A DNA stretch of 64,000 nucleotides from assembly GCA_044344255.1 (NCBI GenBank), contig JBIJDH010000013.1, forward strand, positions 158,422 through 222,421, in the 5' to 3' direction. The notes beneath the pieces are model-generated. The model was not told the origin of the DNA, did no database searches, and was given only the letters and a program-made list of their open reading frames with translations. The first letter of the stretch is position 1, and each line of letters starts with the position of its first letter. The translations under genes and the position numbers were made by a program. This document shows positions 46,924 through 58,179 of the stretch, piece after piece. This DNA is from Myxococcota bacterium (lineage in GTDB: Bacteria; Myxococcota_A; UBA796; UBA2385).

Positions 46924-46961
46924 GGTTTGCTCCGCCGAGGCGAGAGATCGGGGTGGGGTGG

Positions 46962-48398
46962 TCAGGGCGCGAAGGCCGCTTCGGCGTAGCCGATGGCGCT
47001 CGTGGTGGTGGAGGTCCCCGAGTACCAGAGGCGGAGCGTGTCGCCCTCCAGGACCATAGCCGAGCCGAGGACAGACTTCGCCTCCCACGGCAGGGTGAGC
47101 TCCGGGGAGAGCAGCGGGAGGTCTGACTTGACCCAGCGAATGCCGTCGGTGCTCTCGGCCCAGCCGAGCTGAAAGGCGCCGGTTTGACCGCCAGAGTAGC
47201 TCATGTAGTAGGCGTCGCCGGTCCAGATGACCTCGGCCGACTTGACCTGCCCTTGCTCCCAGTCGAGGTCATGCCCGCCCATCACCGGGCCCATACAATA
47301 TCGCTCCCACGCCTTCCCGTCGGTCGACAGGGCGTAGCCGATATAATGTTTGCCCGTGCTGTAGAAGAGCTCGTACACCCCGTCGCGGTGGACGAGCGCC
47401 GGGTGAGCGACCCCGTCGCCCTCCCACTCGAGGTTGGCCAGCTCAGGAGAGAAGACCGGGTTCTCGGCAGCGTCCGTGAAGGTCCGACCGTCAGAGGAGG
47501 TGGCGAGCCCGATGTCGAGGGAGCCGGTGTCCGTGCTTCGGCCCGTGTACCAGACCGAATACACGCCGCCCTCATAGAGCACGAAGGGGGAATTGGTCGC
47601 GTACTGCTTCCAGCTGCCCTCCACCCCCAGATCGGCGGGCAACACAGGGGCGGCGCCGAGCTTGGTCCAGGAGAGACCATCGGGGGAGCGGGCCCCGCCC
47701 ACCTCGTAGTCCACGTCCGGGGAGCCCGCGTAATAGAGGACCCAGTCCGCGCCTGCGCGGGCGACAGAGGGGAGCAGCACACCCGCCTGATCCCAGGTGT
47801 CAGCCTCTCCAGCCTCCAACACCGGGTTTTCGGCGGATCGACTGAGGGTCGGGATGAGCTCGACCACCGTGAGCGCCTCGACCGGCTTGTCGAGACCGTA
47901 TTTGTAACCGAAGGGCCGCGCATCGACCGTACTGTAGGCGCGGGCCTTCTCTCCCGCGACCCGCACGGTGGCGGCGACCCGGGAGACGCCGGCGGGGAGG
48001 CCCGTGATACAGCCGCTCAGCACGCCGCCGGTGTCCGTGCGCCCCTCGGCGACGAAGCCCAGCCCCTCCACCTCGAGGGCGGCCTCGGCGTCCACAAGCG
48101 GCGCGCCCTCACAGGTCACCTCGATGGAGAAGCAGACCTCATCGCACTGATCGACAGGCACGGCGGGATCGGGGCTGAACGTGCGCACGGTCGCCAGGCT
48201 GGCCGAGGCGCAGGCGGTGAGCCCGGTGTCCCCGCCCCCGTCGCTGCCGTCGCTGCCGTCGCCGCCATCGCCGCCGTCGCCGCCGTCCGTGGTGGCGGTG
48301 TCATCCCCGAAGGGGCTGCTCGGCTCCGGCTCCGGCTCTAGATCGGGGCCCAGGCAGCCGAGGCCGACGAGCAGCGACAGGCTCAGCAGCGGGACCAT
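46962..48398 (-). CDS. Lipoprotein with Ig-like domain and five-bladed GH43/GH130-like beta-propeller
   Basis: VGLGC lipobox; repeated NPVL...W....V..P.V......L(Y/W)Y.G...IG.A.S.DG..W. Confidence 0.72.
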   Translation of the reverse strand: MVPLLSLSLLVGLGCLGPDLEPEPEPSSPFGDDTATTDGGDGGDGGDGSDGSDGGGDTGLTACASASLATVRTFSPDPAVPVDQCDEVCFSIEVTCEGAPLVDAEAALEVEGLGFVAEGRTDTGGVLSGCITGLPAGVSRVAATVRVAGEKARAYSTVDARPFGYKYGLDKPVEALTVVELIPTLSRSAENPVLEAGEADTWDQAGVLLPSVARAGADWVLYYAGSPDVDYEVGGARSPDGLSWTKLGAAPVLPADLGVEGSWKQYATNSPFVLYEGGVYSVWYTGRSTDTGSLDIGLATSSDGRTFTDAAENPVFSPELANLEWEGDGVAHPALVHRDGVYELFYSTGKHYIGYALSTDGKAWERYCMGPVMGGHDLDWEQGQVKSAEVIWTGDAYYMSYSGGQTGAFQLGWAESTDGIRWVKSDLPLLSPELTLPWEAKSVLGSAMVLEGDTLRLWYSGTSTTTSAIGYAEAAFAP

Positions 48399-50008
48399 CA
48401 GCGCCTCCTCCTGCGGCAGAGCGCCGCCAGCCCCAACACGGCGGCGCTGTGTAGCCCGCTCACGCCCCCGCCGCCCTGGGGGCTGCCCCCCGAGCAGGCG
48501 CAGCGGGTGGACTTGGGGCCGTCGGTGAGGTCGCCCCCGTCCCCCTCGTCGGCACCGGCGTCGCCCCCATCGCCCCCATCGCCCCCATCGGTGGTGCCGC
48601 TGTCCGCGGACCCGTCCGTGCCGTCCGTGCCGTCCGTGCCGTCCGTGCCGTCCGTGCCGTCCGTGCCGTCCGTGCCGTCGCCGCCGTCATCCCCTGCGGG
48701 GAGGCTGAACCAGGTGGGGCTCAGCCAGACATGTTCCTCGGCGCTGGCGCCGCCGTCGAGGCAGCCCTCTGCGCCCCACCAGAGCCCCCCGTCGATGACC
48801 AGATCGACGAAGAGGTAATCGGGGACCTCGTCGGCGGGGATCGTGAGGGACCAGGCGCCGCCGCCGTCGGCGGTGAGCACGAGGCTACCCGTGGGCCCGT
48901 GCAGCAGGGCGAGGGAGACATATGGCGCGAGGTCGGCAGGGATCCGCACAGAGACGACGAGATCGACGCCTGGCTCCGCATCACCCTGCTCCCCCATGCC
49001 GAGCGTGGTGGCGCCGCTCGTAAACGAGGCGACCGCCGGGATGAACGGCCCGGTGGTGGCGTAGGTCTGCCGACCGACGAAGGCCTCATAGAGGGCGGGG
49101 CGATCGAAGGAGGCGGAGTCTGGCAACACGGCGATGGTGAGCCCAGCGGCGTAGGGTTGGTCTTCCCGAATCGAGTCGAGGCCACAGACCTCGCCCGGAT
49201 GGGTGTCGTGGTTGTCGGAGCCGGCGGCGAAGCCGAGGCGGTGCGCGGGGCCGAGCGGATCGAGGGCGGCCAAGACGGTGCTGGCCTCGACGGTGCCGCT
49301 CCACAGGGGATCGAAGTCGATCTCGCCCCCCATGCTGTCGCCGTGCTCGGAGTAGACCTCCACCGTGGGCGCCCAGTCCGCGCTCTGGCAGCCCCAGTCG
49401 GTGGGCATCGGCTTGATGGCCGCGGGGTGGTGAGGGATCAAGAGGGAGGGGCCGAAGGTCGCCGAGAGGCCCGCCATGAAGGTGTCGATGTCGGCGCAGT
49501 CCTCGATCTCGGCGCTGGTGTCGCCGTTGGGCTGCAGATCGACCATCGCGATGTCGCGCAGCGCCTCATTGTCGCCAAAGAACAGGAGCGACTTGTGGCC
49601 AAGCTTCTGCTCGCCGGGGAGCTCGAAGAAGACCTCACCGCCGGGCAGGGTGACGAAGCCCCCGGCGGGGTCGTGCTCGCCGAGGAGGCGCTTGGTGACG
49701 GTGTCCCAATCGGCGGCAGAGGCGGCGACACCATCGTTGACGTGGTCAACGACCGCGAGGAAGTCGAGGCCATTCGCCCGCGCCGTGTCGGCCACGTCGG
49801 CGAGCGCGCCACAGGTGCCGCTCGGGCAGTCGCCGATGTCGGAGCTCCCGCCGTCACCGGAGGCCCCCGTGTGGCCGTGGATGTCACCGATGACGAAGTG
49901 ACGGCCCTCGAAGTCCTCGGCGGCGAAGCTCGGCAGCCCGAGCGAGACGCCAAGCAGCGGAGCGAGGCGCCACGGGGACAGGGTCGGCTGCAGCCGGCGT
50001 CGGTTCAT
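48398..50008 (-). CDS. Secreted PHP-fold metallohydrolase (CehA/McbA / DUF3604-like) with MYXO-CTERM-type tail
   Basis: GDIHGHT..S.DG, DFLAVVDH, IPHHP, EVYSEHG, GFAAGSDNH, RQTYATTG; CACS...LGLAALCRRRRR. Confidence 0.8.
   Translation of the reverse strand: MNRRRLQPTLSPWRLAPLLGVSLGLPSFAAEDFEGRHFVIGDIHGHTGASGDGGSSDIGDCPSGTCGALADVADTARANGLDFLAVVDHVNDGVAASAADWDTVTKRLLGEHDPAGGFVTLPGGEVFFELPGEQKLGHKSLLFFGDNEALRDIAMVDLQPNGDTSAEIEDCADIDTFMAGLSATFGPSLLIPHHPAAIKPMPTDWGCQSADWAPTVEVYSEHGDSMGGEIDFDPLWSGTVEASTVLAALDPLGPAHRLGFAAGSDNHDTHPGEVCGLDSIREDQPYAAGLTIAVLPDSASFDRPALYEAFVGRQTYATTGPFIPAVASFTSGATTLGMGEQGDAEPGVDLVVSVRIPADLAPYVSLALLHGPTGSLVLTADGGGAWSLTIPADEVPDYLFVDLVIDGGLWWGAEGCLDGGASAEEHVWLSPTWFSLPAGDDGGDGTDGTDGTDGTDGTDGTDGTDGSADSGTTDGGDGGDGGDAGADEGDGGDLTDGPKSTRCACSGGSPQGGGGVSGLHSAAVLGLAALCRRRRR
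48612..48674. repeat. 7 x 9-bp exact repeat encoding (DGT)7
   Basis: ccgtccgtg x7. Confidence 0.92.
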
Positions 50009-50096
50009 GCTGGGCGCTCCCGGCCCGGTGCGAGGCATCGACGGCAGTCTGGCCTCCCGCCCAGGGTAGCCGTCCAGGCGGCCGGCCGCAGCCCCT

Positions 50097-50822
50097 TCAG
50101 GCTTCGCCGCCGTCGTAGGTGAATTCAGTACCGCCGACCTTGAAGCGGTCGCCGGAGCGGAGCGGGCGGCGTTGGATCCCCGACCCGTTCACCGAGACGC
50201 TGGACAGGAAGCCCTTCTTGACCAGGACGTGCTGCTTGCCGTCCCAAGACAGCTCGGCGGCGACCCCCCCGACGAACCACCCCGACACCGGGATCATCGC
50301 CCCGCCGCCGAAGGTGAGCCCCTGCTCTTCCGGGTACCAGAAGGCCTCGGGCTTCGCCGTCAGGATGACCCGCGCGTTCTCCTGAAGCAGGTTGCCCTTC
50401 TGGATGAGGCGCACGGCGTCGTCGGTCAGGGACATCGTCGAGGCCCCCTCCACCGGCGGGAGCATCGTGGCCGCGGGGTCAAAGATGGGCATATGGGCGA
50501 CATATCGACCGTTGTAGAATCGATCGGTGGCCTCGTCTCCGAGGTAGACCATCGTGAAGCGGCCGATCAGCAGCTCATCGCGGGGCCGCAGCACCTGGCC
50601 CTTTGTCTTTTGACCGTTCACGATGGTGCCGTTGGCGCCGCCCATGTCTTCGATCGTCGCCTCTCCGTTCGCGGCGACGACGAAGCGGCAGTGCTCCCGG
50701 CTGACCGAGACATCGGGCAGGATGAGGGCCGCGGCTTCGTTCCGGCCCACCGGGTAGGTGCCGGGCTTTAGCCAGAAGACCTGGTTCTTCTGGATGGTGC
50801 TCTTGATGACCAGCTTGGGCAT
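50097..50822 (-). CDS. FHA-domain protein (canonical N-terminal FHA plus degenerate C-terminal FHA-like domain)
   Basis: VGR...DVSVSREH...DMGGANGTIVNG...L.PRDEL.IG; second domain VSVNG...PLRSGDRFKVG. Confidence 0.88.
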   Translation of the reverse strand: MPKLVIKSTIQKNQVFWLKPGTYPVGRNEAAALILPDVSVSREHCRFVVAANGEATIEDMGGANGTIVNGQKTKGQVLRPRDELLIGRFTMVYLGDEATDRFYNGRYVAHMPIFDPAATMLPPVEGASTMSLTDDAVRLIQKGNLLQENARVILTAKPEAFWYPEEQGLTFGGGAMIPVSGWFVGGVAAELSWDGKQHVLVKKGFLSSVSVNGSGIQRRPLRSGDRFKVGGTEFTYDGGEA

Positions 50823-50860
50823 GGGGGTCCCTGAGGTGAGAGGCCGAGCGGCGGGGCGGC

Positions 50861-51580
50861 TCAGGCGGGGGCGTCGTACCGGAAGCGACTGCCGGCGAGG
50901 GTGAAGCGGTCACCGTGACGGAGGGGCCGTTTTACAGTTGCTTGATTGTTCACGGTCAGCTTGGCTCGCCAGCTCGTCGTGAGGCGGATCAGGTGCTGCT
51001 TTCCGTCCCAGTCCAGCTCGGCGACCACGCCCCAGGCGAGCCAACCGTCGACATGCACCTGCCCGCCCTGACCAAAAGAGAGCCCCTTGTCTTCCGGGAA
51101 CCAGAAGCGCGTGCTGTCCTCTTCTCGGAGGACGCGGGCCGCCTCGACGAGGTGGTTGTCCTGCTGCAATTTCTGGAGCATCTCCGCGGTCATCGCGAAG
51201 GTGGCCTGGTGCTGCTGCTCCTCGGACATCGCGCCTGGCGCGTAGCGGGGCATGTAGTCGAGGCAGCGCCCCTTGTAGAAGCGGTTGGCCTTACTGTCGG
51301 TGAGGTAGACCAGGGTGAAGCGGCCGATCTGGATCTCATCCCCGGAGTTGAGCGCGGATTGCTTGGTCGGCTTTCCGTTCACCGTGATGCCGTTTTGACT
51401 ATCCAGATCCTCCACCGTCACGTTCTGCCGCCCGACCAGGAAGCGGGCGTGCTCCCGGCTGACCGACACGTTCGGCAGCGTGAGGCCGCAGTCCTCCCCG
51501 CGCCCTACGACGGTCTCCCCCTCCTTGATCGGGAAGATGTGGGACTTCTGGTGGCTGAGCTTGATGATGAGGCGAGGCAT
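50861..51580 (-). CDS. FHA-domain protein, paralog of 50097..50822
   Basis: VGR...NVSVSREH...DLDSQNGITVNG...LNSGDEIQIG; second domain LTVNN...PLRHGDRF. Confidence 0.88.
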   Translation of the reverse strand: MPRLIIKLSHQKSHIFPIKEGETVVGRGEDCGLTLPNVSVSREHARFLVGRQNVTVEDLDSQNGITVNGKPTKQSALNSGDEIQIGRFTLVYLTDSKANRFYKGRCLDYMPRYAPGAMSEEQQHQATFAMTAEMLQKLQQDNHLVEAARVLREEDSTRFWFPEDKGLSFGQGGQVHVDGWLAWGVVAELDWDGKQHLIRLTTSWRAKLTVNNQATVKRPLRHGDRFTLAGSRFRYDAPA

Positions 51581-51584
51581 GCGA

Positions 51585-53702
51585 TCAATCTACCGCATCG
51601 AGGACCAGGAGCGGCTGACCGGACTCCACCTGCTGACCCTCCGCACAGAGCAGCGCGGAGACCACCCCTGCGGCGGGGGCCTTGACCGCGTGCTCCATCT
51701 TCATCGCCTCGAGCAGCACGAGGGCCTCGCCGGCCCGGACGGCCTGCCCAACGCTCACACAGAGGCGCACCACCCGCCCGGGCATCGGGGCCGCGAGGCT
51801 CCCCGCCGCGTGGGCCGCGGCCCCCGGGGGCTCGAGATCGGGGAGGAGCCGCACCACGGCGGTCCGATCGGCGGTCTGCACGAAGACGGGGCCACCCGGA
51901 CGCGCGGCGACGGTGAAGGGGACCAGGCGCCCATCGAGCTCCAGCTCCAGCCGCCGGCCGCCCTGGACCTGGGTGACCGCAAAGACCCGGATCTGGAGCC
52001 CACCCAACGCGACCGCCTCGAAGGGGAAGGCGGCCGGCGAGGCGGGGTCCTGCAGCCCCACAGTGCCGCGGGCGCCGGTGTATCGGGAGGGCAGCAGGCG
52101 GAAGGCCGCCACGACATCCGGCGAGGCGAGATCAGGGGCGTCGCGAAGGTGGAGCAGACCCACCTCGCCGTCGAGCTCCACCCGGAAGGGCACCGCGGGC
52201 CAGAGATCGCCGCGCCAACCGGGGCGGAGCCCCGGGAGCAGGCGGGCGCCGGCGGGTGGGGCCTGGCGCCCTGCGAGGATCTGGTCGATGAGGGCGGCGA
52301 GGGCGTGGGCGACCGCCGGCGTCGTGTCGGGCCGGAGGTCCGCGGCGTGCTCGTCGAAGAAGCCCGTGTGGAGCTCACCCGCCGCGAAGTCGGGGTGGCC
52401 GAGGACCCGCCCGAGCCACTCTCGGTTGGTGCGCAGCCCGAGGACCCGCGTGTCCGAGAGGGCGTGCCGTAAGGAGCGAATCGCGGAAGCACGATCGGGG
52501 CCCCAGGAGATGACCTTGGCCAGCAGCGGATCGTAGCGGGTGCTGACCACGGTTCCCGCCTCGACCCCGGCGTCGAAGCGGGCGGCGAAGGGGTCAGCCT
52601 CCCACACCGTGACGGTCCCGGCCTGCGGGAGGAAGCCCTGGTCAGGATCTTCGGCGTAGAGACGCGCCTCGATGGCGTACCCGAAGCAGTCGAGCGCGTC
52701 ATTTCGGAGGGTGAGCGGCTTGCCCTCTGCGATCTGGAGCTGCATCAGCACCAGATCGTCCTGGATCACCCCCTCGGTGACCGCGTGCTCGACCTGGAGC
52801 CGGGTGTTCATCTCGAGGAAGTAGTGCCGCCCCGCTTCGTCGACGATGAACTCCACCGTCCCGGCGTTCGTGTAGCCCACCGCGGCGGCGGCCCGCAGCG
52901 CGTCCTCCAGCAGCCGCGCCCTCCGAAGCTCCCCGTCCTCCCCGGCGAAGGCGGGGCTCGGGACCTCCTCGATCACCTTCTGGTGTCGCCGCTGCAGGCT
53001 GCACTCCCGCTCGAAGACGTGGATCAGGGCGCCATGGTGGTCACCGAGCACCTGGACCTCGATGTGGCGCGGCCGCTCCAAGTACCGCTCGAGGATGAGC
53101 CGCTCATCACCAAAGGCGCCCCGGGCGAGCCGGCGCGCCGCGTCAAGCGCAGGCACCAGCGCCTCCTCGCTGCGCACGACCTGCATGCCCTTGCCGCCCC
53201 CGCCGGCGCTGGCCTTGACCAGCACGGGGTAGCCGATCTCGGCGGCGGCCTCGATAAAGCGGGCGTCATCCTGATCGGCGCCGTCGTAGCCGGGCACCAC
53301 CGGCACGCCGCGGGCCGCCATCGCGCGCCGCGCCTCGGCCTTGGAGCCCATGGCGCGGATCACCGCCGGGGTAGGGCCCACCCAGATCAGGCCCGCGCTG
53401 ACCACCATCTCCGCAAAGTCAGCGTTCTCCGAAAGGAAACCGTAGCCGGGGTGGATGGCGTCGGCGCCAGCCCGCTTCGCCGCGTCGACGATGGCCGCGC
53501 CGTCCAGGTAGTCGTCGATCCGCACCGCGCTCTCTGCGGCCCGGACGAAGGGCCACCGCCGATCGGACTCGGTGTAGACGGCCACGGAGCCGTAGCCGCT
53601 CTCCCGGCAAGTGCGGAAGATGCGCGTCGCGATCTCGCCGCGATTGGCGACGAGGACGCGACGGATCGGGCGGGCGGCGGGGATCGGGGAGTCCGTGCTC
53701 AT
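51585..53702 (-). CDS. Biotin-dependent acyl-CoA carboxylase alpha subunit (BC + BCCP)
   Basis: VANRGEIA, HPGYGFLSENA, GGGGKGM, RECSLQRRHQK, EMNTRLQVEH, EAMKME. Confidence 0.95.
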   Translation of the reverse strand: MSTDSPIPAARPIRRVLVANRGEIATRIFRTCRESGYGSVAVYTESDRRWPFVRAAESAVRIDDYLDGAAIVDAAKRAGADAIHPGYGFLSENADFAEMVVSAGLIWVGPTPAVIRAMGSKAEARRAMAARGVPVVPGYDGADQDDARFIEAAAEIGYPVLVKASAGGGGKGMQVVRSEEALVPALDAARRLARGAFGDERLILERYLERPRHIEVQVLGDHHGALIHVFERECSLQRRHQKVIEEVPSPAFAGEDGELRRARLLEDALRAAAAVGYTNAGTVEFIVDEAGRHYFLEMNTRLQVEHAVTEGVIQDDLVLMQLQIAEGKPLTLRNDALDCFGYAIEARLYAEDPDQGFLPQAGTVTVWEADPFAARFDAGVEAGTVVSTRYDPLLAKVISWGPDRASAIRSLRHALSDTRVLGLRTNREWLGRVLGHPDFAAGELHTGFFDEHAADLRPDTTPAVAHALAALIDQILAGRQAPPAGARLLPGLRPGWRGDLWPAVPFRVELDGEVGLLHLRDAPDLASPDVVAAFRLLPSRYTGARGTVGLQDPASPAAFPFEAVALGGLQIRVFAVTQVQGGRRLELELDGRLVPFTVAARPGGPVFVQTADRTAVVRLLPDLEPPGAAAHAAGSLAAPMPGRVVRLCVSVGQAVRAGEALVLLEAMKMEHAVKAPAAGVVSALLCAEGQQVESGQPLLVLDAVD

Positions 53703-53703
53703 C

Positions 53704-53733
53704 AATTCCTCAACAGAGAATTCCTCAAACAGG
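53704..53733. repeat. 2 x 15-bp duplication containing the RBS
   Basis: aattcctcaacagag aattcctcaaacagg (GAGGAATT twice on the minus strand). Confidence 0.75.
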
Positions 53734-55329
53734 TCAATGGCGGAAGACGCCCCAGCTCGTGGTGCCGGCCACGGGCGCCGAGCAGGCGGCGCTGAGCGAC
53801 ATGCCGACGACGTCGCGGGTGTCTGCGGGATCGATGATGCCGTCGTCCCAGAGGCGCGCGGTGGCGTACAGCGCCGTGCTCTCGAAGTCGACCTTGCCCG
53901 CGATGAGCTGCTTCATCATCGCGAGCTCCTCTTCGTTCACTGGCCGGCCGCTGCGCTCGGCGCTCTGTCGCTTGATGATGTCGAGCACGCCCGCGAGCTG
54001 CTGGCCGCCCATCACGGCGATTCGGTGGTTTGGCCAGGTGAACAGGAAGCGAGGGCTGTAGCTCCGCCCCATCATCGCGTAATTGCCCGCTCCATACGAG
54101 GCACCCGTCTGGATCGTGATCGCGGGCACCGTCGAGTTGCTCACGGCGTTGACGAGCTTCGCGCCGGCCCGGATGATGCCCTGCTGCTCGACGGCCTTCC
54201 CGACCATGAAGCCGGTGGTGTTGTGCAAGAAGAGCAGCGGGATGTCGCGCTGGTTGCAGAGCGCGATGAACTGGGCGCCCTTCTCGGCGCTCTCGGGCCA
54301 CAGCACGCCGTCATTGGCGAGGATGCCCACCGTGTACCCGTGGACCTTGGCGAAGCCGGTGACGAGCGTGGGCCCGAACAGCGGCTTGAAGTCGTGGAAG
54401 CGGCTGCCGTCCACCACCCGGGCGATGACCTCGCGGGCGGAGAAAGGCGCGCGCACGTCGGCGCTGGCGACGCCCCGCAGCTCCGTCGGATCGTAGGCCG
54501 GCGGCTCGCTCGGGCCCGGCGTGGGGCCCTGCTTGGTCCAGCCGAGCGTGGAGACGACCTCGCGGCCGATGCGGATGGCGTCGAGCTCGTCCTCGGCCAG
54601 ATAGTCAGCGAGGCCGCTCTGGCGGGCGTGCATCTCGGCGCCGCCCAAGCTCTCGTCATCGACCACCTCGCCGATCGCCATCTTCACGAGCGGCGGCCCG
54701 GCGAGGTACACCTGCGCCTGTTTGCGCACCATCACGACATAGTCGCTCATGCCGGGGATGTAGGCACCGCCCGCGGTGGAGCTGCCGAAGACGAGGCAGA
54801 CCGTCGGGACCCGCGCCTTGCTGCGCTCGGTGAGGTCTCGGAAGCCACGCCCGCCCGGCACGAAGATCTCCGCCTGGTTCGGGAGGTCGGCCCCCGCCGA
54901 CTCGATGAGGCTCACCCCCGGCAGGCGGTTCTCGAGGGCGATCTCGGACATCCGACGTGTCTTTCGCACCGCCCAGGCGTTGATCGCCCCGCCCTGCACC
55001 GTGGGGTCGTTGGCGGTGATGGCGCACTCCACGCCGCCCACCACGCCCACGCCGCAGAGCAAGGCGGCGCCCGGCTTGCCGTCGTCGACCTCCAGGCCGC
55101 TCAGCGCGCCGATCTCGAGGAAGTGGCCGTCACGATCGAGGAGGCGCTCCACCCGCTCGCGCACCACCATGCGCCCCCGATCGACGTGGCGACGGACCGT
55201 ACGCTCCCCTCCCCCTTCGCGGGCGCGGTGGAGGTGATCGGCGTGGACGGCGAGGGCCTCCGCCATCGCCGCGGCGTTGGCACGGAAGGTGTCGCTCGAA
55301 GGATCGATGTGGGACGGGAGGACCTGCAT
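53734..55329 (-). CDS. Acyl-CoA carboxylase carboxyltransferase subunit (AtuC/AccD2-like)
   Basis: [66 protein letters not shown] before ATG 55329. Confidence 0.94.
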   Translation of the reverse strand: MQVLPSHIDPSSDTFRANAAAMAEALAVHADHLHRAREGGGERTVRRHVDRGRMVVRERVERLLDRDGHFLEIGALSGLEVDDGKPGAALLCGVGVVGGVECAITANDPTVQGGAINAWAVRKTRRMSEIALENRLPGVSLIESAGADLPNQAEIFVPGGRGFRDLTERSKARVPTVCLVFGSSTAGGAYIPGMSDYVVMVRKQAQVYLAGPPLVKMAIGEVVDDESLGGAEMHARQSGLADYLAEDELDAIRIGREVVSTLGWTKQGPTPGPSEPPAYDPTELRGVASADVRAPFSAREVIARVVDGSRFHDFKPLFGPTLVTGFAKVHGYTVGILANDGVLWPESAEKGAQFIALCNQRDIPLLFLHNTTGFMVGKAVEQQGIIRAGAKLVNAVSNSTVPAITIQTGASYGAGNYAMMGRSYSPRFLFTWPNHRIAVMGGQQLAGVLDIIKRQSAERSGRPVNEEELAMMKQLIAGKVDFESTALYATARLWDDGIIDPADTRDVVGMSLSAACSAPVAGTTSWGVFRH

Positions 55330-55409
55330 CCGACCTCCTACCCCGGCGCACGCCGTCCCCGGGAGGGCTGAGGGCGCGATCTCGCGCTCCGGGGACCTCG
55401 GGCGCCGGC

Positions 55410-56703
<1,294 letters not shown>

Positions 56704-56732
<29 letters not shown>

Positions 56733-58179
56733 TTCGCCTCGCGATCGCGAGGATCGTGCCCTGGGGGTTCACCCCAGGGGTGTTGGGCAGGATGCTCGCG
56801 TCGTTCAGGTAGATGTTCTGCCAACCGTGCAGCTTGCCGAAGGAGTCCACCGCGCAGCGCCGATCGTCCTCGCCCATCGGGCAGGAGCTGAACAGATGGA
56901 TGGTGGTCACGTTGACGCGCCCCTGGGGCAGCCCCGTGCGCACCTCCGCCACCTCAGCGGGGCTGCGCAGGGTGCGCCCGCCGGGGAGGGGGTTGAAGAC
57001 CTCGGTCGCCCCCGCCGCGAACACGAGCTGGCCGAGCTTGTGCAGGCCCTCGCCGAGCAGGGCGAGATCGGCCTCCCCCAACGGGTAGCGGACGAGCGGC
57101 TGATCGAGCAGGGGCAGGTTGCGGATCGTGCCCATGCCGGCGCCGGTGACCGCGACATAGAAGACCGCGATGTGCTCCCAGTCCTCGAGCAGCGCGCGCT
57201 TGTCAGGGAGGTCGCCGCAGAGCCAGAGCGCGATGTGAGGCATCGAGGAGTGCGAGCAGCCGAGCGTCATGTGCGGCTTGAACTCCTCCACCTGGTGCAC
57301 CGGCACCCCCCAGGATGGGTCGTTGATACGCTCCTTGAAGCGCGCGGCGATGCGCACCATCGGGTGCATACGCAGGCTGTCGCCGACCCTCGCGGTGATG
57401 CCGCTCCGCCGTAGGATGAGCGGGGTCTGCACGGCGCCGCCGCAGACGAAGACGTCGCGAAAGCGAATTCGGACGTTCCGACGCCGACCGTCCGGCCCCT
57501 TGGAGGTGCCGACCGCCAGTGTGGCCCCGTTGCCCGCCGTCTCCAGGTGGCGGATCGTGGTGTCGGGCATCAGCCGCGCGCCGGCGCGGAGGGCGCGGGG
57601 GATCAGGGTCTCGGTCATCGAGCGGCGGCGCCCGGTGAAACGGCCGTCCGACTGCTGCTGATATTTCCAGAAGCGCGCGATCTCGGTCGATCTCCAGCCG
57701 AGAGAACGGGCCCCCGCCCGGAGGCAGTCCGAGGCGGGGCCCTCGCCGGCCGGCTGCTTCGACACCCCGATCTCCGCCTCGACCAGATCGAAGTAGGGGT
57801 CGAGCTCCTCCTTCGAGAGTCTGTCCACCTGGTACTTGAGCTGCCACTCGAGCAGCGTCTCTCGCATCGGGCGGTGGTAGAGGCCGGCGTTGATCTCGGA
57901 GGCGCCGCCGACGCAGCGACCCTCGATGTAGGTCACGCGGGTCTTGCCGAAGGCAGGGGTGAGCCCGGAGTACCGGTACTTCTGGTCCATCTCGGCGAGG
58001 GTGTAGTTCTCGGCCGACTCCAAGCTGTAGTGGGAGCCCTCTTCGACGAGGATGACGTCCCGGCCGGCCTCGGCGAGGCGGGCGGCCGTGGTGGCGCCGC
58101 CCGGCCCCGAGCCGATGACCAGCACGTCGGTGTCCAGGATCTCGACGGGTCCCCCGCCGAAGCCGCGCGTTCCGCTCAT
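56704..58179 (-). CDS. GMC-family FAD oxidoreductase
   Basis: VIGSGPGG, LVEEG, GRCVGGASEIN, CGGAVQTP, HLFSSCPMG, DASILP..PGVNPQGTI. Confidence 0.92.

Noticed and set aside
48612..48674. Collagen-like triple helix
   Set aside because: Only seven acidic, Pro-free triplets; better explained as a flexible linker
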